Shown here: positions 17,011 to 29,800 of the stretch, piece after piece
Layout of the letters: each line of letters begins with the position of its first letter
Numbering within the stretch: position 1 is the first letter of the stretch
Source: a virus
Lineage: Duplodnaviria; Caudoviricetes
Virus record (IMG/VR): IMGVR_UViG_3300020160_000355
Coordinates: 1 to 54,111 of that record
Reading direction: 5' to 3' (one strand)
Length of the DNA: 54,111 nt
Made by a program: the position numbers and the translations under genes
Notes under the pieces: model-generated
Told to the model about the DNA's origin: nothing
The model's database searches: none
What the model saw: only the letters and a program-made list of their open reading frames with translations

Positions 17011-20004
17011 ATGGACGCGCTCACCTTCCTCAAAACAATCTTGCCGGAAGATGGGTATAAGTTCGTTGGCCTGAGTCGTGCCGGCAACCCCGGCATCGCC
17101 CACAAGGCGTATGAATCACTGGAGCTGATGGCTGAGGCCATCGCTTCCTATGACAAGCAAACTAACTTAACTGTCTATCACGCATGCGCTGCCTATAAGG
17201 AGCCAAGCTATGAAGCTATCGTCAACGGCGAAACAAAGAGAAAATATCGCGGCGAACCTAATTGGTTCAAAGCTAAATCGTTTTGGGCTGACATCGACTG
17301 TGGTGCAGACAAAGCTGCTGAAGGTAAAGGCTACCCCGATAAGAAGTCTGCTGCTGCTGCTATCTTGGGTTTCTGCCGCGCTAATGGCTTCCCTGACCCT
17401 ATGCTCGTTGATAGCGGTGGCGGTATCCATTGCTATTGGCCCCTCACCCGTAGTATTGGTCCAAATAGCTGGCGTACTATGGCCAGTAGCTTCAAAGCTG
17501 CTTTGGCTGGCGCTGGTCTTCTTGTCGACCCAACTCGCACTGCTGACTTATCCTCTGTTCTGCGCCCTGTGGGCAGCCACAACCGCAAGCCCGGTCGTGA
17601 TGTACGTGATGTCAAAGTTGTCCGAGCAGGTACAGCTATTGACCCAAAAGATTTTCATGCCGCAGTTCAAGCGGCTGTTGCTAAGTACGACGTTATTCCA
17701 CAACAACCAGTCAGTCGTGCTCCCGTTGCTGGCCTGAACGATGACCTGATCGGCCACCTCGGCCCCCAAATTGAATCATCTGCCCATGAGGTTGCTAACC
17801 ACTGCGCCCAAGTTGGCAAGATGCGTGACACCAAAGGAGACGTTGACTATGAATCATGGCGCGGCATCATCGGAATCATCAAACACTGTGTTGAAGGTGA
17901 ACCTCTGGCACATGAGTGGAGTGAACTTAGAGCGGCTACTGGCCACTCTAATGTGGATGTTGACACACGTTTTAATACTTGGGATAGCGGCCCTGCTACT
18001 TGTGAATATTTTCAACGCTGTAACCCGTCCGCCTGCGATGGCTGTGTTCACAAAGGAAACATCAAATCACCAATCGTGTTGGGACGACTTCTGCCTGAAC
18101 CAGCAGAATCAACGGTAGAGGTCATTGACGAGGCTAAGCCCGACGAAGTGTTGGAAGCCATTGTGCCTCCAATGCCCGAAGGCTACGAGTACCAAGCTGA
18201 CCACATGCTGCGATTCATCCGCGACAAAGACGGTGTGATGCAGCCATATACGTTCTGCCGTACTCTGTTCTATCCAATTCAACGCATCAAGAAAGCTGAC
18301 GGAGCTTATGCGTTCACTATTCGCATGCACTTGCCTGACCAACGTGTACGTGACTTCGAGGTGGACACATCTGCACTGGCTTCATCAACAGACTTACTCA
18401 AGGCACTGTCTAAGTACGAACTGATGCCCTCTAACAACAAGGACTCAACGATGCACATGACCGCGTACATCCGCGACTCAATCCACAAGCTCATGGCCGA
18501 GCAACGTGAGACAGATACATTGACTGCGTTTGGCTGGCGCGACAACATGAGTGGGGTGCTCCTTGGAGACAGGCTTTATCACCAAGACGGTTCAATTCGT
18601 AAAGTCTTTATTGGTGGTGCTGCTGCTGACCATCGGGCTGCTTACCCTGAGCCTCGTGGTACTCTGGCTGCTTATAGTGCAGCGGTCAACTACATTTATA
18701 ACCGCGAGAACAGCCAAGCTGCCCAGTATGTCTTCTGTAACGTCTACGGTTCGCTCATCACTCCATTCGGCGAAGACAGCTATAACGGAGCTCTGGTAGC
18801 CGTCAACTCTGGCGCGTCTGGTAAGGGCAAGACTTCTGTGTGGCGTTCTGCGCTGTACGGTTTGTGCGATGCCAACAAGATGATCTTCGCTGGTAAGGAA
18901 GGCGCAACTCGCAATGCCCGCTGGGCAATCGTCGGTGCCCACAAGAACATCCCCGTGGTGTTTGACGAGATGACTGACATGGATGCAGGTGAAGTGTCGG
19001 CTATGGCTTACACAACATCACAGGGCACTGACCGCGCTCGACTGACTTCCGCTGGTGGTAAGGTTGGTTTCGCTGAACAGCACACATGGAAGACTGTGGT
19101 TGGTTTGACTGCCAACGAAGACATGCACTCCAAGCTGTCTGGCCACAACGCTAACACGCAAGCGGAAGCAGTCCGTATGATCGGCATCAACTTCGCCACG
19201 TACAACGTACCTATCATTGACCCAGCCGTCGAAGTGTCCAACGCTATCGACACCATGCGCGAGAACATGGGCAATGCAGGGCATGAGTTCGTGAAGTACA
19301 TCGTGACGCACCAACAGGAAGTCGCTGACCTCTACGCCAAGATCGAGAACAAGATGAGCCGCTTGATGCCGCAGTCTGAGTATCGTTTCTTCCGTAGCCA
19401 TGCAACGTGTACTCTGGTGGCAGCCAAGATTCTGATTGACCACAACATCGTGGACTTCGACTTTCAAAAGCTGGAGGACTTCACAGTTACGCTGATGACT
19501 GACCTGACTGCTGCGGTGTCCAAGGGTAATGTGACTGACCCGGGTGAGGCTGTTAGCCGCATGATTCGTGAGATGTCTAGCCGCATCTTGGTGACCGTAG
19601 GCTATCGCGACACTCGTGCTGATGCTCGTGGCCCTGAGGAATCTTTGTCCCGCATCAATGGCGTGGCGGTTGGTCGCCGCATACTGGGTTCACCCAACAA
19701 GAACTCTGGCGAGACCGTCGACCCCAAGCTGGTTGGTAAGCTGTTCATCGCCAAGAAAGACTTCTACGACTGGTGTGCCAAGAATCGTATGGAGCCAAAG
19801 GAAGTGCTGAAGTTTGCACAGGAGAAGAAGTGGGTAGGTAAGAGCTCTGAGCGATTCAACATCGGTCGTGGCACTGCACACTCAACAGGCGCATGCGTCT
19901 GCTATTGCTTCAACTTCGATGCGATGGAAGGCGTTGTTGAGAAAACAAGTGGCCCGACTGTTGTCAGTTTAGAGACTGCTGCGGTATCATCCGCTGGCCA
20001 GTGA
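17011..20004 (+). CDS. AEP primase (with PriCT-like region) fused to DUF927/P-loop helicase
   Basis: WADID and SGGGIHCYW primase motifs, a Cys cluster, Walker A GASGKGKT and Walker B VVFDE. Confidence 0.85.
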   Translation: MDALTFLKTILPEDGYKFVGLSRAGNPGIAHKAYESLELMAEAIASYDKQTNLTVYHACAAYKEPSYEAIVNGETKRKYRGEPNWFKAKSFWADIDCGADKAAEGKGYPDKKSAAAAILGFCRANGFPDPMLVDSGGGIHCYWPLTRSIGPNSWRTMASSFKAALAGAGLLVDPTRTADLSSVLRPVGSHNRKPGRDVRDVKVVRAGTAIDPKDFHAAVQAAVAKYDVIPQQPVSRAPVAGLNDDLIGHLGPQIESSAHEVANHCAQVGKMRDTKGDVDYESWRGIIGIIKHCVEGEPLAHEWSELRAATGHSNVDVDTRFNTWDSGPATCEYFQRCNPSACDGCVHKGNIKSPIVLGRLLPEPAESTVEVIDEAKPDEVLEAIVPPMPEGYEYQADHMLRFIRDKDGVMQPYTFCRTLFYPIQRIKKADGAYAFTIRMHLPDQRVRDFEVDTSALASSTDLLKALSKYELMPSNNKDSTMHMTAYIRDSIHKLMAEQRETDTLTAFGWRDNMSGVLLGDRLYHQDGSIRKVFIGGAAADHRAAYPEPRGTLAAYSAAVNYIYNRENSQAAQYVFCNVYGSLITPFGEDSYNGALVAVNSGASGKGKTSVWRSALYGLCDANKMIFAGKEGATRNARWAIVGAHKNIPVVFDEMTDMDAGEVSAMAYTTSQGTDRARLTSAGGKVGFAEQHTWKTVVGLTANEDMHSKLSGHNANTQAEAVRMIGINFATYNVPIIDPAVEVSNAIDTMRENMGNAGHEFVKYIVTHQQEVADLYAKIENKMSRLMPQSEYRFFRSHATCTLVAAKILIDHNIVDFDFQKLEDFTVTLMTDLTAAVSKGNVTDPGEAVSRMIREMSSRILVTVGYRDTRADARGPEESLSRINGVAVGRRILGSPNKNSGETVDPKLVGKLFIAKKDFYDWCAKNRMEPKEVLKFAQEKKWVGKSSERFNIGRGTAHSTGACVCYCFNFDAMEGVVEKTSGPTVVSLETAAVSSAGQ

Positions 20005-20036
20005 GCAGTTGCTGGCTGTCTCTAGATGAGGGTTTT

Positions 20037-20066
20037 GCCCCCGGCGTCAAACCCGGGGGCCTTTTT
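20037..20066 (+). terminator. intrinsic terminator at the convergence of the two arms
   Basis: GCCCCCGG (20037-44) / CCGGGGGC (20053-60) stem followed by CTTTTT. Confidence 0.85.
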
Positions 20067-20311
20067 CATTTCCAGCTTGGTAAGCTATGTACGAGCTGGG
20101 TTAAGACTGCCCCGAGCGCACCGCCTGCGCCGCCGATCATCATGAGGACTTTCCACCCGCCCTTGGCTTCGGACAGAGTGGTGTTAATTTCAGCAAGAGA
20201 CTTCTGCATGGCGGCCATGCTCTCGACAAGTTTGTCCATGTCGTCTTGGAGGTGACGGATATCGGCAGCATGGGTGGCTAGCTCGCGGGCGGTTTCGATT
20301 GCGTCTGACAT
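20066..20311 (-). CDS. coiled-coil protein with C-terminal TM (holin/XhlA-like)
   Basis: MSDAIETARE start coupled to the upstream stop. C-terminal hydrophobic GG-rich helix. Confidence 0.6.
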   Translation of the reverse strand: MSDAIETARELATHAADIRHLQDDMDKLVESMAAMQKSLAEINTTLSEAKGGWKVLMMIGGAGGALGAVLTQLVHSLPSWK

Positions 20312-20565
20312 CAGCAGTTCCAAGCACGTAGAGATTTGTTGATGCGGCTGTTCGGGTCTTTGGCCGTCTTCTCGCTGGTCAGCTTTTTCTTCATGCCTTC
20401 CATACGAGCGCAAAACGAATCTTTGCGTGGACCACCCTCAGGCTGCGGGGCCTTCAGCCCGGGCTTGCCGGGGTTTGCTTTGTTGTAAGAGGCGCGGCCC
20501 TTAGCGTTGAGTCCGCCGGATTCCGCTTTGCCTTCCTTACGTTGCCATGCTGGTGACTTGGCCAT
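20311..20565 (-). CDS. conserved basic phage protein (DUF6321-like)
   Basis: MAKSPAWQRKEGK...SFCARM...NSRINKSLRAWNC is a motif I recall from aquatic phages. Confidence 0.8.
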   Translation of the reverse strand: MAKSPAWQRKEGKAESGGLNAKGRASYNKANPGKPGLKAPQPEGGPRKDSFCARMEGMKKKLTSEKTAKDPNSRINKSLRAWNC

Positions 20566-20567
20566 GA

Positions 20568-20852
20568 TTACTTCCCGTGGAAAGCTGTAATGTGATATCC
20601 AGTAGGCATGGTCACATGGCAGTCTGTACCGAACAAAATGCCGGGGCCGGGAATCTCAATGTTTATCACGTTGTTAGCGTTGCCGGGGACAGACACTTCG
20701 AGCAACAAAGCGCCAGAAGCGCCGCCGTTGCGAAACTCAAGGTGGCCTGCTGTTGATGTGCCTAAACAAGCAACGCTACGAAGGTATGAAGCCCCCGTAA
20801 AAACTGTGCCTGTGGTATCGAGGTGTGTTGCACTGATGTTTACTGCGTCCAT
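20568..20852 (-). CDS. putative virion structural protein
   Basis: Beta-rich small protein in the late operon. AAGGAG RBS. Confidence 0.7.
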   Translation of the reverse strand: MDAVNISATHLDTTGTVFTGASYLRSVACLGTSTAGHLEFRNGGASGALLLEVSVPGNANNVINIEIPGPGILFGTDCHVTMPTGYHITAFHGK

Positions 20853-20862
20853 TTGGAACTCC

Positions 20863-23800
20863 TTAGATAATGTTCTTTACAAATTCTTTGTTGGACTTGC
20901 TAGTCTCCACACCTTCAACCACCCCAGCTTCTCGCTTGCGGGCAGCCACAGTGGCTTTAAACAACTCCGACATTGGTTGAATTTTATACCCATTGCGCTT
21001 ACGAGAAGCCTGTAATTCTTCCCAGTCCTTGCGGGCTTCAGCCATACCTTCAGTGTCACCATCGCGGTTAGCGTTGACATACGCACCTTTGATGGAAGCA
21101 GCGCGCTCCGTGTAGAACTGGTCAAACTCCATTGTCACCTTCTGGGCATATTGGCGGCCAGTAATCGTAGTCGTTGGCAGGCCAACAGCTTGGAACGCGG
21201 CATCCACCATGCTAATTTCTTCAGGCTTCAAGACTACATCGCCGTTGCGCATAGTCACACCTTCGTTGGCGTAGCGGACGCCCTTCATCGCATTGCCGAT
21301 ACCGTTGGGCATCAACAATTCCAGACCCTTGTAGTATTCACCCTTGGTCATCATGCCCGCGCCGTCGATCATCTTGGGGGCTAAGCCACCGAAGAATGGG
21401 CCCATCAAACCGACCATCACCTTTTCGTAGCCAGAGCGAGTGGACAAGTCCACATCAGTGAATGGCAGGATAGAAGCGACGTTACCCATACCCAACTTGC
21501 CGCCAAGGTTCACACCAGCCGCAGCAGGCACACCATTCAGGAGCAGATTGGCCATGGTCTCATCGCCAATGGCTTGACGCAGTTTGTACTCGAGGTCTTT
21601 TGGTTCATCATCGTCACCGAACGCGGCCAGCATCAAGCTAGCAACCTGTTGCACAAATGGCACACCAAGTGCACCGCCAACCACGGCCATGTGACCTGTG
21701 ATGAAAGCTAGAGCACGTCGAGCCACAACACGTTCCTCAGGACCTGCACCCTTGAAGGCTGTGTTGATGAGCTTGCCCAGCATAGAGAGCTGGATGATTT
21801 GGAAGCGCTTGAACTGACCGACCAAGCGGCCAGCGTCAGAGTTCAGGATACGTGGCGTGTTGAAACCATCGTACGAGCCGTGAGTGTTGGACACCACTTC
21901 GGCGGCAAACTTGGTAGCAGCATCAGTATTGCCAGCGCCGTAGCGTTGGATGTATCCACGGTAGGCAGCAATTGCAGCCGTTGCACGGTTTACAGCTTCA
22001 ATGCGGTTGTTCACACCTTGGAGTTTGCGCATTACTGTGTTCAGCACATTGTGCTCACCGGCACGAGCCTTAGCGTCAGCGTCGATACCAATGTCAATCT
22101 TGCCCATACCGACCAAGGTCTGGAGCATGGCGCGGACGTCAGCTGGAGCCTTGGCAAAGTCGATGTGCTCGTTGATAGTCAAGCCTTTAACCATTGCGGC
22201 CACATCACCGTACGCAGCTTTGATAGCGCGGACAGAGCGGAAGTAACCGAGACGGCCAGACATGTACGGCAGAGACAGCACAGTGGTTTGCAGCAACTGT
22301 TGCAGGTAGAACGCAGGGCTAGTGGACAGGAACCACACAGAGGTGGCCTGAGTCAGCGCTTGGCTCAATGGGGATGGAGTCTTGTACTCAAGGCTGGCAG
22401 TTTGGCGCTTGTACAGCTCGTTGTACAGCGGCATAGCCTCACGGACGTTCCGCTTGGCTTCAGTGCGCATGCGCTCAAGAGAATCCACCACGTCATCGTT
22501 ATGCTTCATGGTGCTCAGGAAATGAGCATCGGCTCGGCCAGATGTGGCCAAGTTACGCATCATGTTGGCGTTTGCACCGGACACATACTTGCGCATGATT
22601 TCCGATTTGCGGGCGCTGTTCTCAGCAGCAGTCATCAGATACAAGTCTGACACCATGCGATCTAGTTCAGCGTTACCCTCACCACTTTCGCCTTCTTGGC
22701 GAGCAATCAAGTTGCGCAGGCGGGCCACAGCAAGGTGAACATCAGAGCCAATGAAGGAACCAATATCTTCTTTGGGGCCAGCCTCAGAGCCGTCCATGTC
22801 GAACTTGCCAGTGGCCATGAGGTCCGCAGCAATTTGGTCAGCCTCACCTTGGGTCTCGGCAAACTGCACGACGTAGTGGTCAGGGTTAGAAACGTTGTCG
22901 GCCAACCATGCGGCGGCTCGCTCCTTGTTCTCACCCTTCTCAGCAGCAACACCTTCCCAGTACTTGAACTCCGCAGACTTAGCAGCCACCACGTAGTCGC
23001 CGTAACGACCGAGGTAAGCGTAAGGTGTGGTGAAGTCCACGTTCTGGATTTTGCTCAACTGGGTGCGCATCAGCTTCTTAGCCTGTGCCACTTCGGCCAT
23101 CAGGTCAGCGTCGCCATCAGCAGCCTTGGCGCGTTCGGCGAACTCGCGTTCAACCGCAGCATCAATAGCTTCCTTCTTAGCTTTGAGGGCTTGGTAGCCA
23201 TGCTCAAACACATCACGGATAACCTGTGCAGCCGCTGGAGACTCTTGCTCAATCGCAAAGAAGCGACGGCTCAACTCAGGGTCGACTTCAAACAAGGTTG
23301 TGCCGATGCGGTGTTCACCGGGATAGAAGCCCCACTTCTTACTCATGGTGGAGTCCAAGATGAAGCGGTTCACGCTACCAGCACCCTCACCTTGGAGGTG
23401 CTTAGGCAACTTGTCGAACGCATCCAAGATGTGCTCAATGCGTTGTTCAAAATCAAGGCGCGTCTTCTGGCGAGCATACTGTGCAGTCAGGTAGTCCTGA
23501 GCAGAGCGCATGTACTTACCAGCCATGTTGACGATGTCTTCAGTGATGCCAGCAGCCAGCAAACCGTTCTTAGCCGCAGTGGCCAAGTTGGTGATTACAG
23601 ATTTAGCAGGCTTCACCACCGAAGCGGGAAGCGTGTTCTCTAGGCCTTCGTTCAAGCGGGTAGACATTGACTTGCCAAAACGCATGCGGTCTTTATCCGC
23701 AGCAACTTGACCCCCCACTCGGAAGATGTTCTTGTCGTTGAACACCACGAGGTTGCGAGTTGGGTTACTCAGCTTAAGAATGCGTTTCTTGTCCTGCTCA

Positions 23801-26800
23801 ATTTCTTGGCGGAGCATTTCCACCGCAAACTCAGATGACGTGCGGCGGGCAACAGCAGCCAACCATGATGTATTCGCCTCGTCTTTGTACTGAGCAGGTG
23901 CGGTAGCGCTTTTCTTTTCCCATTTATCGGCGTACTCAGTATCCTGCGCCAATGTCCGTTCTTTTTCTTTGAGCAGTTCTTGCTTGTTTTTGAGGTTTGC
24001 CTCAGCAAACGTGACATCCCCACGGCTGTTCTGGTCTAAGAACTTGAGCGCAGGGATACCAATCTTCTCGTCCAAGTATGTGGACACAATTTGTTTTGTA
24101 CCAGCGCCGCGAAGGCGGCTGTTGTAGTCTTCTACCTCAAACTGCTCGCTAATAAGTCCTGAGCGTTTTTCCAAGACTCCGAGGGCGCGATAGAGCTCTT
24201 CGCCTGTCAGCTCGTCAAGCGATGCGTTGAGTTCATCTTCCAGTTCGGTGCGGATGGACTCACTCATGTTATCAACCAACCGTCTGAGGACGGCTGGCTG
24301 TTTTGTAAGAAGGGTGTTCCAGTCAAGAATGTCTTGGTCTTCGACTCCAACGTCGACGCGCATGAGGCTACCCTCAGGACGAGCCGTTTCATAGAACCAG
24401 TATGGGCGGCCAATTTGCAGAATTCGAGCTTGGCGATCAATCTCGGCCATGCTTAAAGGCTCATCAGTCCCTAGCTTTTCTTTTGCCCATGCATTGGCTT
24501 TTTCTAGGGTTTCAGCATCAGTACGAAGTGCCTTTGTATTTGCTTTGCGATCTACATCGTCAGCCCAGTACCCTTTGGCAACGCCAGCAGCTTGCGCAAG
24601 GTAGGAACCCCAACCAAACGCCTGTCTGCCTTCACCAGTACTCATAAACTTATGGCTAAATTTACGGAACGCAGCAGCCGTACCATGGTATGTGCCAGCC
24701 ATTTCTAGACGAGCCGCGCCAAACGCCATGTCCACTACGTCACGAGCAGTCATAGCCTCAGGACTAAAGCCTAACTTACGAACAGCAGCCTTAAATGCGG
24801 CCCACAAAGTGCGGAACCATAGATGGAGTGGGCCAATCGTTTTTGGAGCAGCCGTTGGGTCAATACCCATTTGCACTGCTTCCTCGATGAAGTACGCCAA
24901 CATCTCAGAACGACGGTCTTCTTGGACGGTGCCAGCGTTCATCACGCGCTCCGCAGCACGGACAGCTAACACTGACTCAATCGAGTTCTCGCCCTGCTTA
25001 GCCCAATTTACAATTTGCTGGGTAAGCTTGTCATACATTGCTTTAGGCAATAGATTCTCTAAGCCGACGTGAGCGCCGACTTCGTGCATGAACTTAGCAC
25101 GTCCTTGCCCTTTTTCAATTCGATTGGCTACTAGGTAAGCTCGGCCATTGCTAGCAACGCCATAAGCGCCCTCAATAGCCATCACTGCCCCAAGTTTCTG
25201 CACAGTCGGGTCAGTTGAACGGACAAGGGCTTCAATAGACTCAACCACCACCAGCTTACGAGCTGGAATAGGAGTGCGGATGAAGTCTTCAATTTCCTTA
25301 GTTAGCTCGGCGGAGGTGTAAGGATTCTTAGCACGGGCGTCGATACCAAATAAGGTCTTTTCTTCCTTACCAACGATGTTGCGCTCAGTGGATGCTTGAG
25401 TAACACCTTGGCGATTACCTGTAGTAGTCGTGGTCACGGGTTGGACCGACTGGCGAACCAGCTTGTCTTCACCGGTCTTGTTCTGGGCTACTGCACCAGT
25501 AACGAAGTCCATCACACGTTCTTGGTTGTCTGGCACAACGAACAGCTTAGCGCCGTCCATTTGTTGGCCGTAGTTGTCAATCAAGTTCTTGTATGTAGCC
25601 TTGTCCACGTTGATACAACCAAACGAGTAGCGCGAATCAGCAGCGTTCTCGTTCTTCAAGGCAGCGGTGCGCTTGGCGGCGTCATTCTCGTGGAGCCACA
25701 CGGAGTGCATGATGGTCAGTACACCGGGGTTCTCATCCACGATGCCAAACACCTTACCGAAATCGTACTCGCCAGCAGTCTTAGCCGCAGCGCCACCCTT
25801 GGCCGCATCCACCATTACGAGGTTGTGCAGACCAGCGGGAGTAACGCGGTTGGTTGGCAGGTCGTTGTTGCCTTTATAGAAGTCGCCCTTGGCCAAACCA
25901 AACAGAGATTTCTTCTCCAAGACCAGCTTGCCATCAGGTGTGAACACGAAGATACGGCCACTTGGCTTGTCAGCCATAACCAACAGCTTGTTCTTGGCGG
26001 TCAGGTCGGCCTTCAATGCAGGCATCAAAGTAGCGTAGGCTTGCTTAGCCGCAGTAGACATCTTGGCCGCAGCCTCCGCTGGAGCCTCAGCCTTCACCTC
26101 TTGGGTTACGCTGTATTCTTGCGCTGGGCTGACAGTGAACGCCTCAACCTTGTTCATGTATGTTGGGTTGAACACCACAGCCACAGCCAGCACGGCTGTG
26201 TAAAGTGCTTTGACGATGTCACGGATAGCTGCGTGAACCGCAGCAGCACCCTTGGCGGCATAGAGAGCGATGTCTCCGTGCAGCTTGGTCAGGAACTCAG
26301 ATGTGCCACGCTTAGCGTCATAGTGCTTCTCAAGGCGGATTGTCTGGCCTTCTGTCAGCTCGCTGACTGGGCCTTCCACCAAAACAGTCTGCTCTGGGGT
26401 CAGCTCCGTGGCCATACCTACATTGGATTCAGTTACCGCTTCAGTAGTTCCAACAGTGCTTGGTGCTTCCACGGGCTGCTCTTTGACAGCAGTATTAAGA
26501 ATCTTGTCGGCAGCCGCGAGATTAGCCACGCCACGATTTGCGACATCATCCCAGCGAATCTTTGCATCTTTGCTCAGGCTTTCGTAAGAAGGCATTGCAG
26601 GGAACTGCGCAGCCAGCTCAGCCCACTGTTCAGCGGGCGTCTTGATTACTTCTTCTTGCTTGGGCTCGACTTTGGCTTCGCTTTCGGTGGCAGCTTGGCC
26701 CCCTTCGGTGTTTCCTTGGCCCACCGTTTCGCTACTTCCGGCTCGTTCTTGAACAGGTACTTGCGCTGGGCTTGGCTCTTGAACGGCATTGGTCGGCTCC

Positions 26801-29800
26801 GTAGTGGTTGTGCGGCTGGCCATCTCAGCGTCGAGCTTCTTGGCCAGTGCTACGTTTTTAAACTTGTTGGCTTCATCCAGCAGTAACTGGAGCTCGCCCA
26901 TGTCGAACTTGGTCAGGTCGCCCTTAGTCTCTTTGAACTTGGCTTTCACAGCCTTGACTTCATCAGAGGCTTCGTTCTTTGTAGCAGTCGCAGTAGCGGT
27001 CGACTCACCAGCTGAAGCAGCAGCAAACTCTGCACGAGCGGCATCCAACTGAGTAAACAGCTTGACCTTCAATGCAGCATCTTGGTCAGTCATCTCGCTA
27101 GGCTTAGGCAGGTTGGCCAGCGCAGCTTCCAATGTACGAACGTGGTACTTGGCGTACTCAATGTTGAGTTGCTTCTGGATAGCGGCACGGCCTTCTACGT
27201 CGTCGGCAGCCAGCTTACCCATCTGGGTTTGCAGCTTCTCAATCTTGCCAAGGTCGGCTTTACGTTGTGTTTCCACTGCACCTTGACTACCGCCAGCAGA
27301 GGCCACTGTGCCCATGCTCTTGCCTTCTTGTTCCTCGCCACCATACAACTCGTCAGACAAGTACTTCGTGTTGTCAAAGTCTTGGCTCTCACCTTCAAAC
27401 TCAGCACGTTGCTGGTCGGAGATGGAGTCTTTCAGTGTGATGACACGGCGCGGAGTAACCAGCTCGAGCAGGTCACGGCGAGGGATACCTTGCGGGAACT
27501 CAGGCGATGTGTACGCATCCGCAGCACGTTGGAACAGAACATCCAGACGTTCGTACTGCTTAATTTTTCCGTTGCGTTGTACTTCTGGTTTTGGAGTCAC
27601 GCACTCATACTGTTCACTAGCAGCATCGTATGTAGCCGCGAGCCTAGAGACTGAGCGAGCGCGGTCTTCTGGAGTCACATCAGCAGTGATGCTGTCGGAC
27701 AGATACTTAGCTTGAGCAGCTTGTTTCTGTTCTTTGGATGGACGGGCAACGCCTTCCACCGTAACGTCTTCAACTCCAGCCAGAGCCTCGGCGGAGATAC
27801 CGAGGCGTTCAGCAATGGCAGCTCGGGTATCAAGGTTAGCCTGAGAATACTGTGGGCGCATCACAACACCCAAACGGCGAAGCTGGGCATCCACAGTGGT
27901 TAAGGACAGGCCGGTCAGTGCAGCAATTTCTGCCTCACTGGCTTGCTCAATCAGAGCAAGGCGCACCATCTCAATACGCTGTTCAAGCGTAGCCCCGCCT
28001 CGTTTTTCCTGAGTGGGGGTTAGAACCTGACGGTACAGGTTAGAGAGGATGTCGCCATCATGCTCTATTTTTTCAACGCTGGCGGCGGGGACTGCTTCTG
28101 TAGTTCCACCAGTTGTTGATGGAACGCTGACATCGGCGACTTGACCTGTTTGACCGGATACTTGCCCGCCATCACCCAGCCCTGTGGTAGTTTGGGTTTG
28201 TCCATCTGTGGCCCCGCTTACTTGCGGCGTGGCTTCGCCACCGACAACATTGGGTACATCTCCGGCGCTTGGCCGTACTCCGCCTGTTGATGGCTGTCCA
28301 GCTTGGACGTCAGACGGTCCCGCTCCGACACTTGTTGCTCCGACGGGTTGAACTTGAGCGGGTCGTACATCCCCAGCTGCTCCAGAGACTGCTTCTGTTG
28401 TTCCGCCTTCGACTGGTACTGTTCCCAGCCCGGTAGTTGTTTGCAATTGCAATTTGTCATTCTTAGCTCCTTTTGGTTGGACTTGCTGAGCAGCAGCATA
28501 GGCAGGGGCTTCCTGTCCAGTCAGTGCTTCGTACATCTGCGCCATCTGAGTCAGCTTGGCGTCGTTTGTGCCTTTACCCGCAGCAACCAGTTCGGTCATT
28601 GCAGTGTTGATGCCCTCGGCTACAGCGGCGAGGTCAGACTTGTTTGTCCAGAATTTCAGCGCCCCACCTTGGACGGCAGCAAGTTTGCGCTTCTCTGCGG
28701 GGAGTGTCTGCATATATGCAGCTTCAACCTTACGGCGCAGTTCAGATTTCTGGTCTTCGTTAGCAGCCAGCTTGTCTAGCTCGGCGTTGTACTTGGCGGG
28801 GTCGGTGAATGCCTTACCCATAATCATGCCGCCCACATGCTGGCCGTTGTCCAAAGTGGGTTCTGCACCAAAGTACGCGGCTACAGTATCGCGGCGCTCT
28901 TGCAATGCTTGAGCTTGTTGAGCTTGTTGGTCGGCAACCTGTTGGGCCTGCTGGTCAGCTTGTGCTTGTTGTTGAGCGGCGGCAATGTCTGTCGTACCGC
29001 CTGAGACTGCGGGAGCAGCAGGGGGGACTTGTTGTCCAGAGCTAACAGCGTCTGTAGTTGTAGGTGTGATTTCCGCAGGAGCAACTGGAGCGGATACCGG
29101 TGGGACAAACTGAGTTGTTGTGATGTCCGGCTGAGTAGTAGCTTTTGCCCCCATAGCCTGAGACAGCTCATTGCCACCTTCCGAACGACGCCATCCACCG
29201 CCGAGGCCACCAGCCATGCCACCTAAGGCAGCACCACCAATGAAGGACTCTTTGAACCGCTCTTGTGCAGCAGCACTGAGGAAAGCTTCGTTGGCGTCAA
29301 CCGACATACGACCAACTTGGTTGAGCATCTCTTGGCCAGTTTCAGAAGCACCTTCTTTAAGGGCTACACCAGTTGCAGTTGCAGCAGTACGAGCCGCAGC
29401 GCCGGTCAGGCCAGTACCACGGTCAAGAATGTTTACTGTGTTCTTAAAGGCAGTGCCACGAGCCAATGCAGACTCAATACCAACAGCGTTCAGTGCAGCG
29501 TACGGTACAGCTAAGGCAGCAGCGACACCACCACGGGTCTCACCAGATTGCTCACGTTGGTTGCCAAGAACATCGCCAACAGCAGATGGATAGGAGGCAG
29601 CAACAGCACCAGCTTGGGAGCCGGCGTTGAGCGCCTTAGTGGCGGCAGCTACACCCTCGACGTCTTTAGCCGCAGTTGCGGCAGTTAGCGCAGCACGAGT
29701 ACCGGACATAGCGCCACGGGCAAGTGCACCTCCAGCGATAGCCTCAGCTGCATAAGGGAGTGACTGGATAGCCAAACCTTTTGCGTAGCTACCGAAGTCG

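Noticed and set aside
25396-26886. 496-aa + strand ORF and other long antisense ORFs (21799-22650, 22696-23643)
   Set aside because: Shadow frames opposite the giant gene, caused by its codon bias. No RBS context or motifs.
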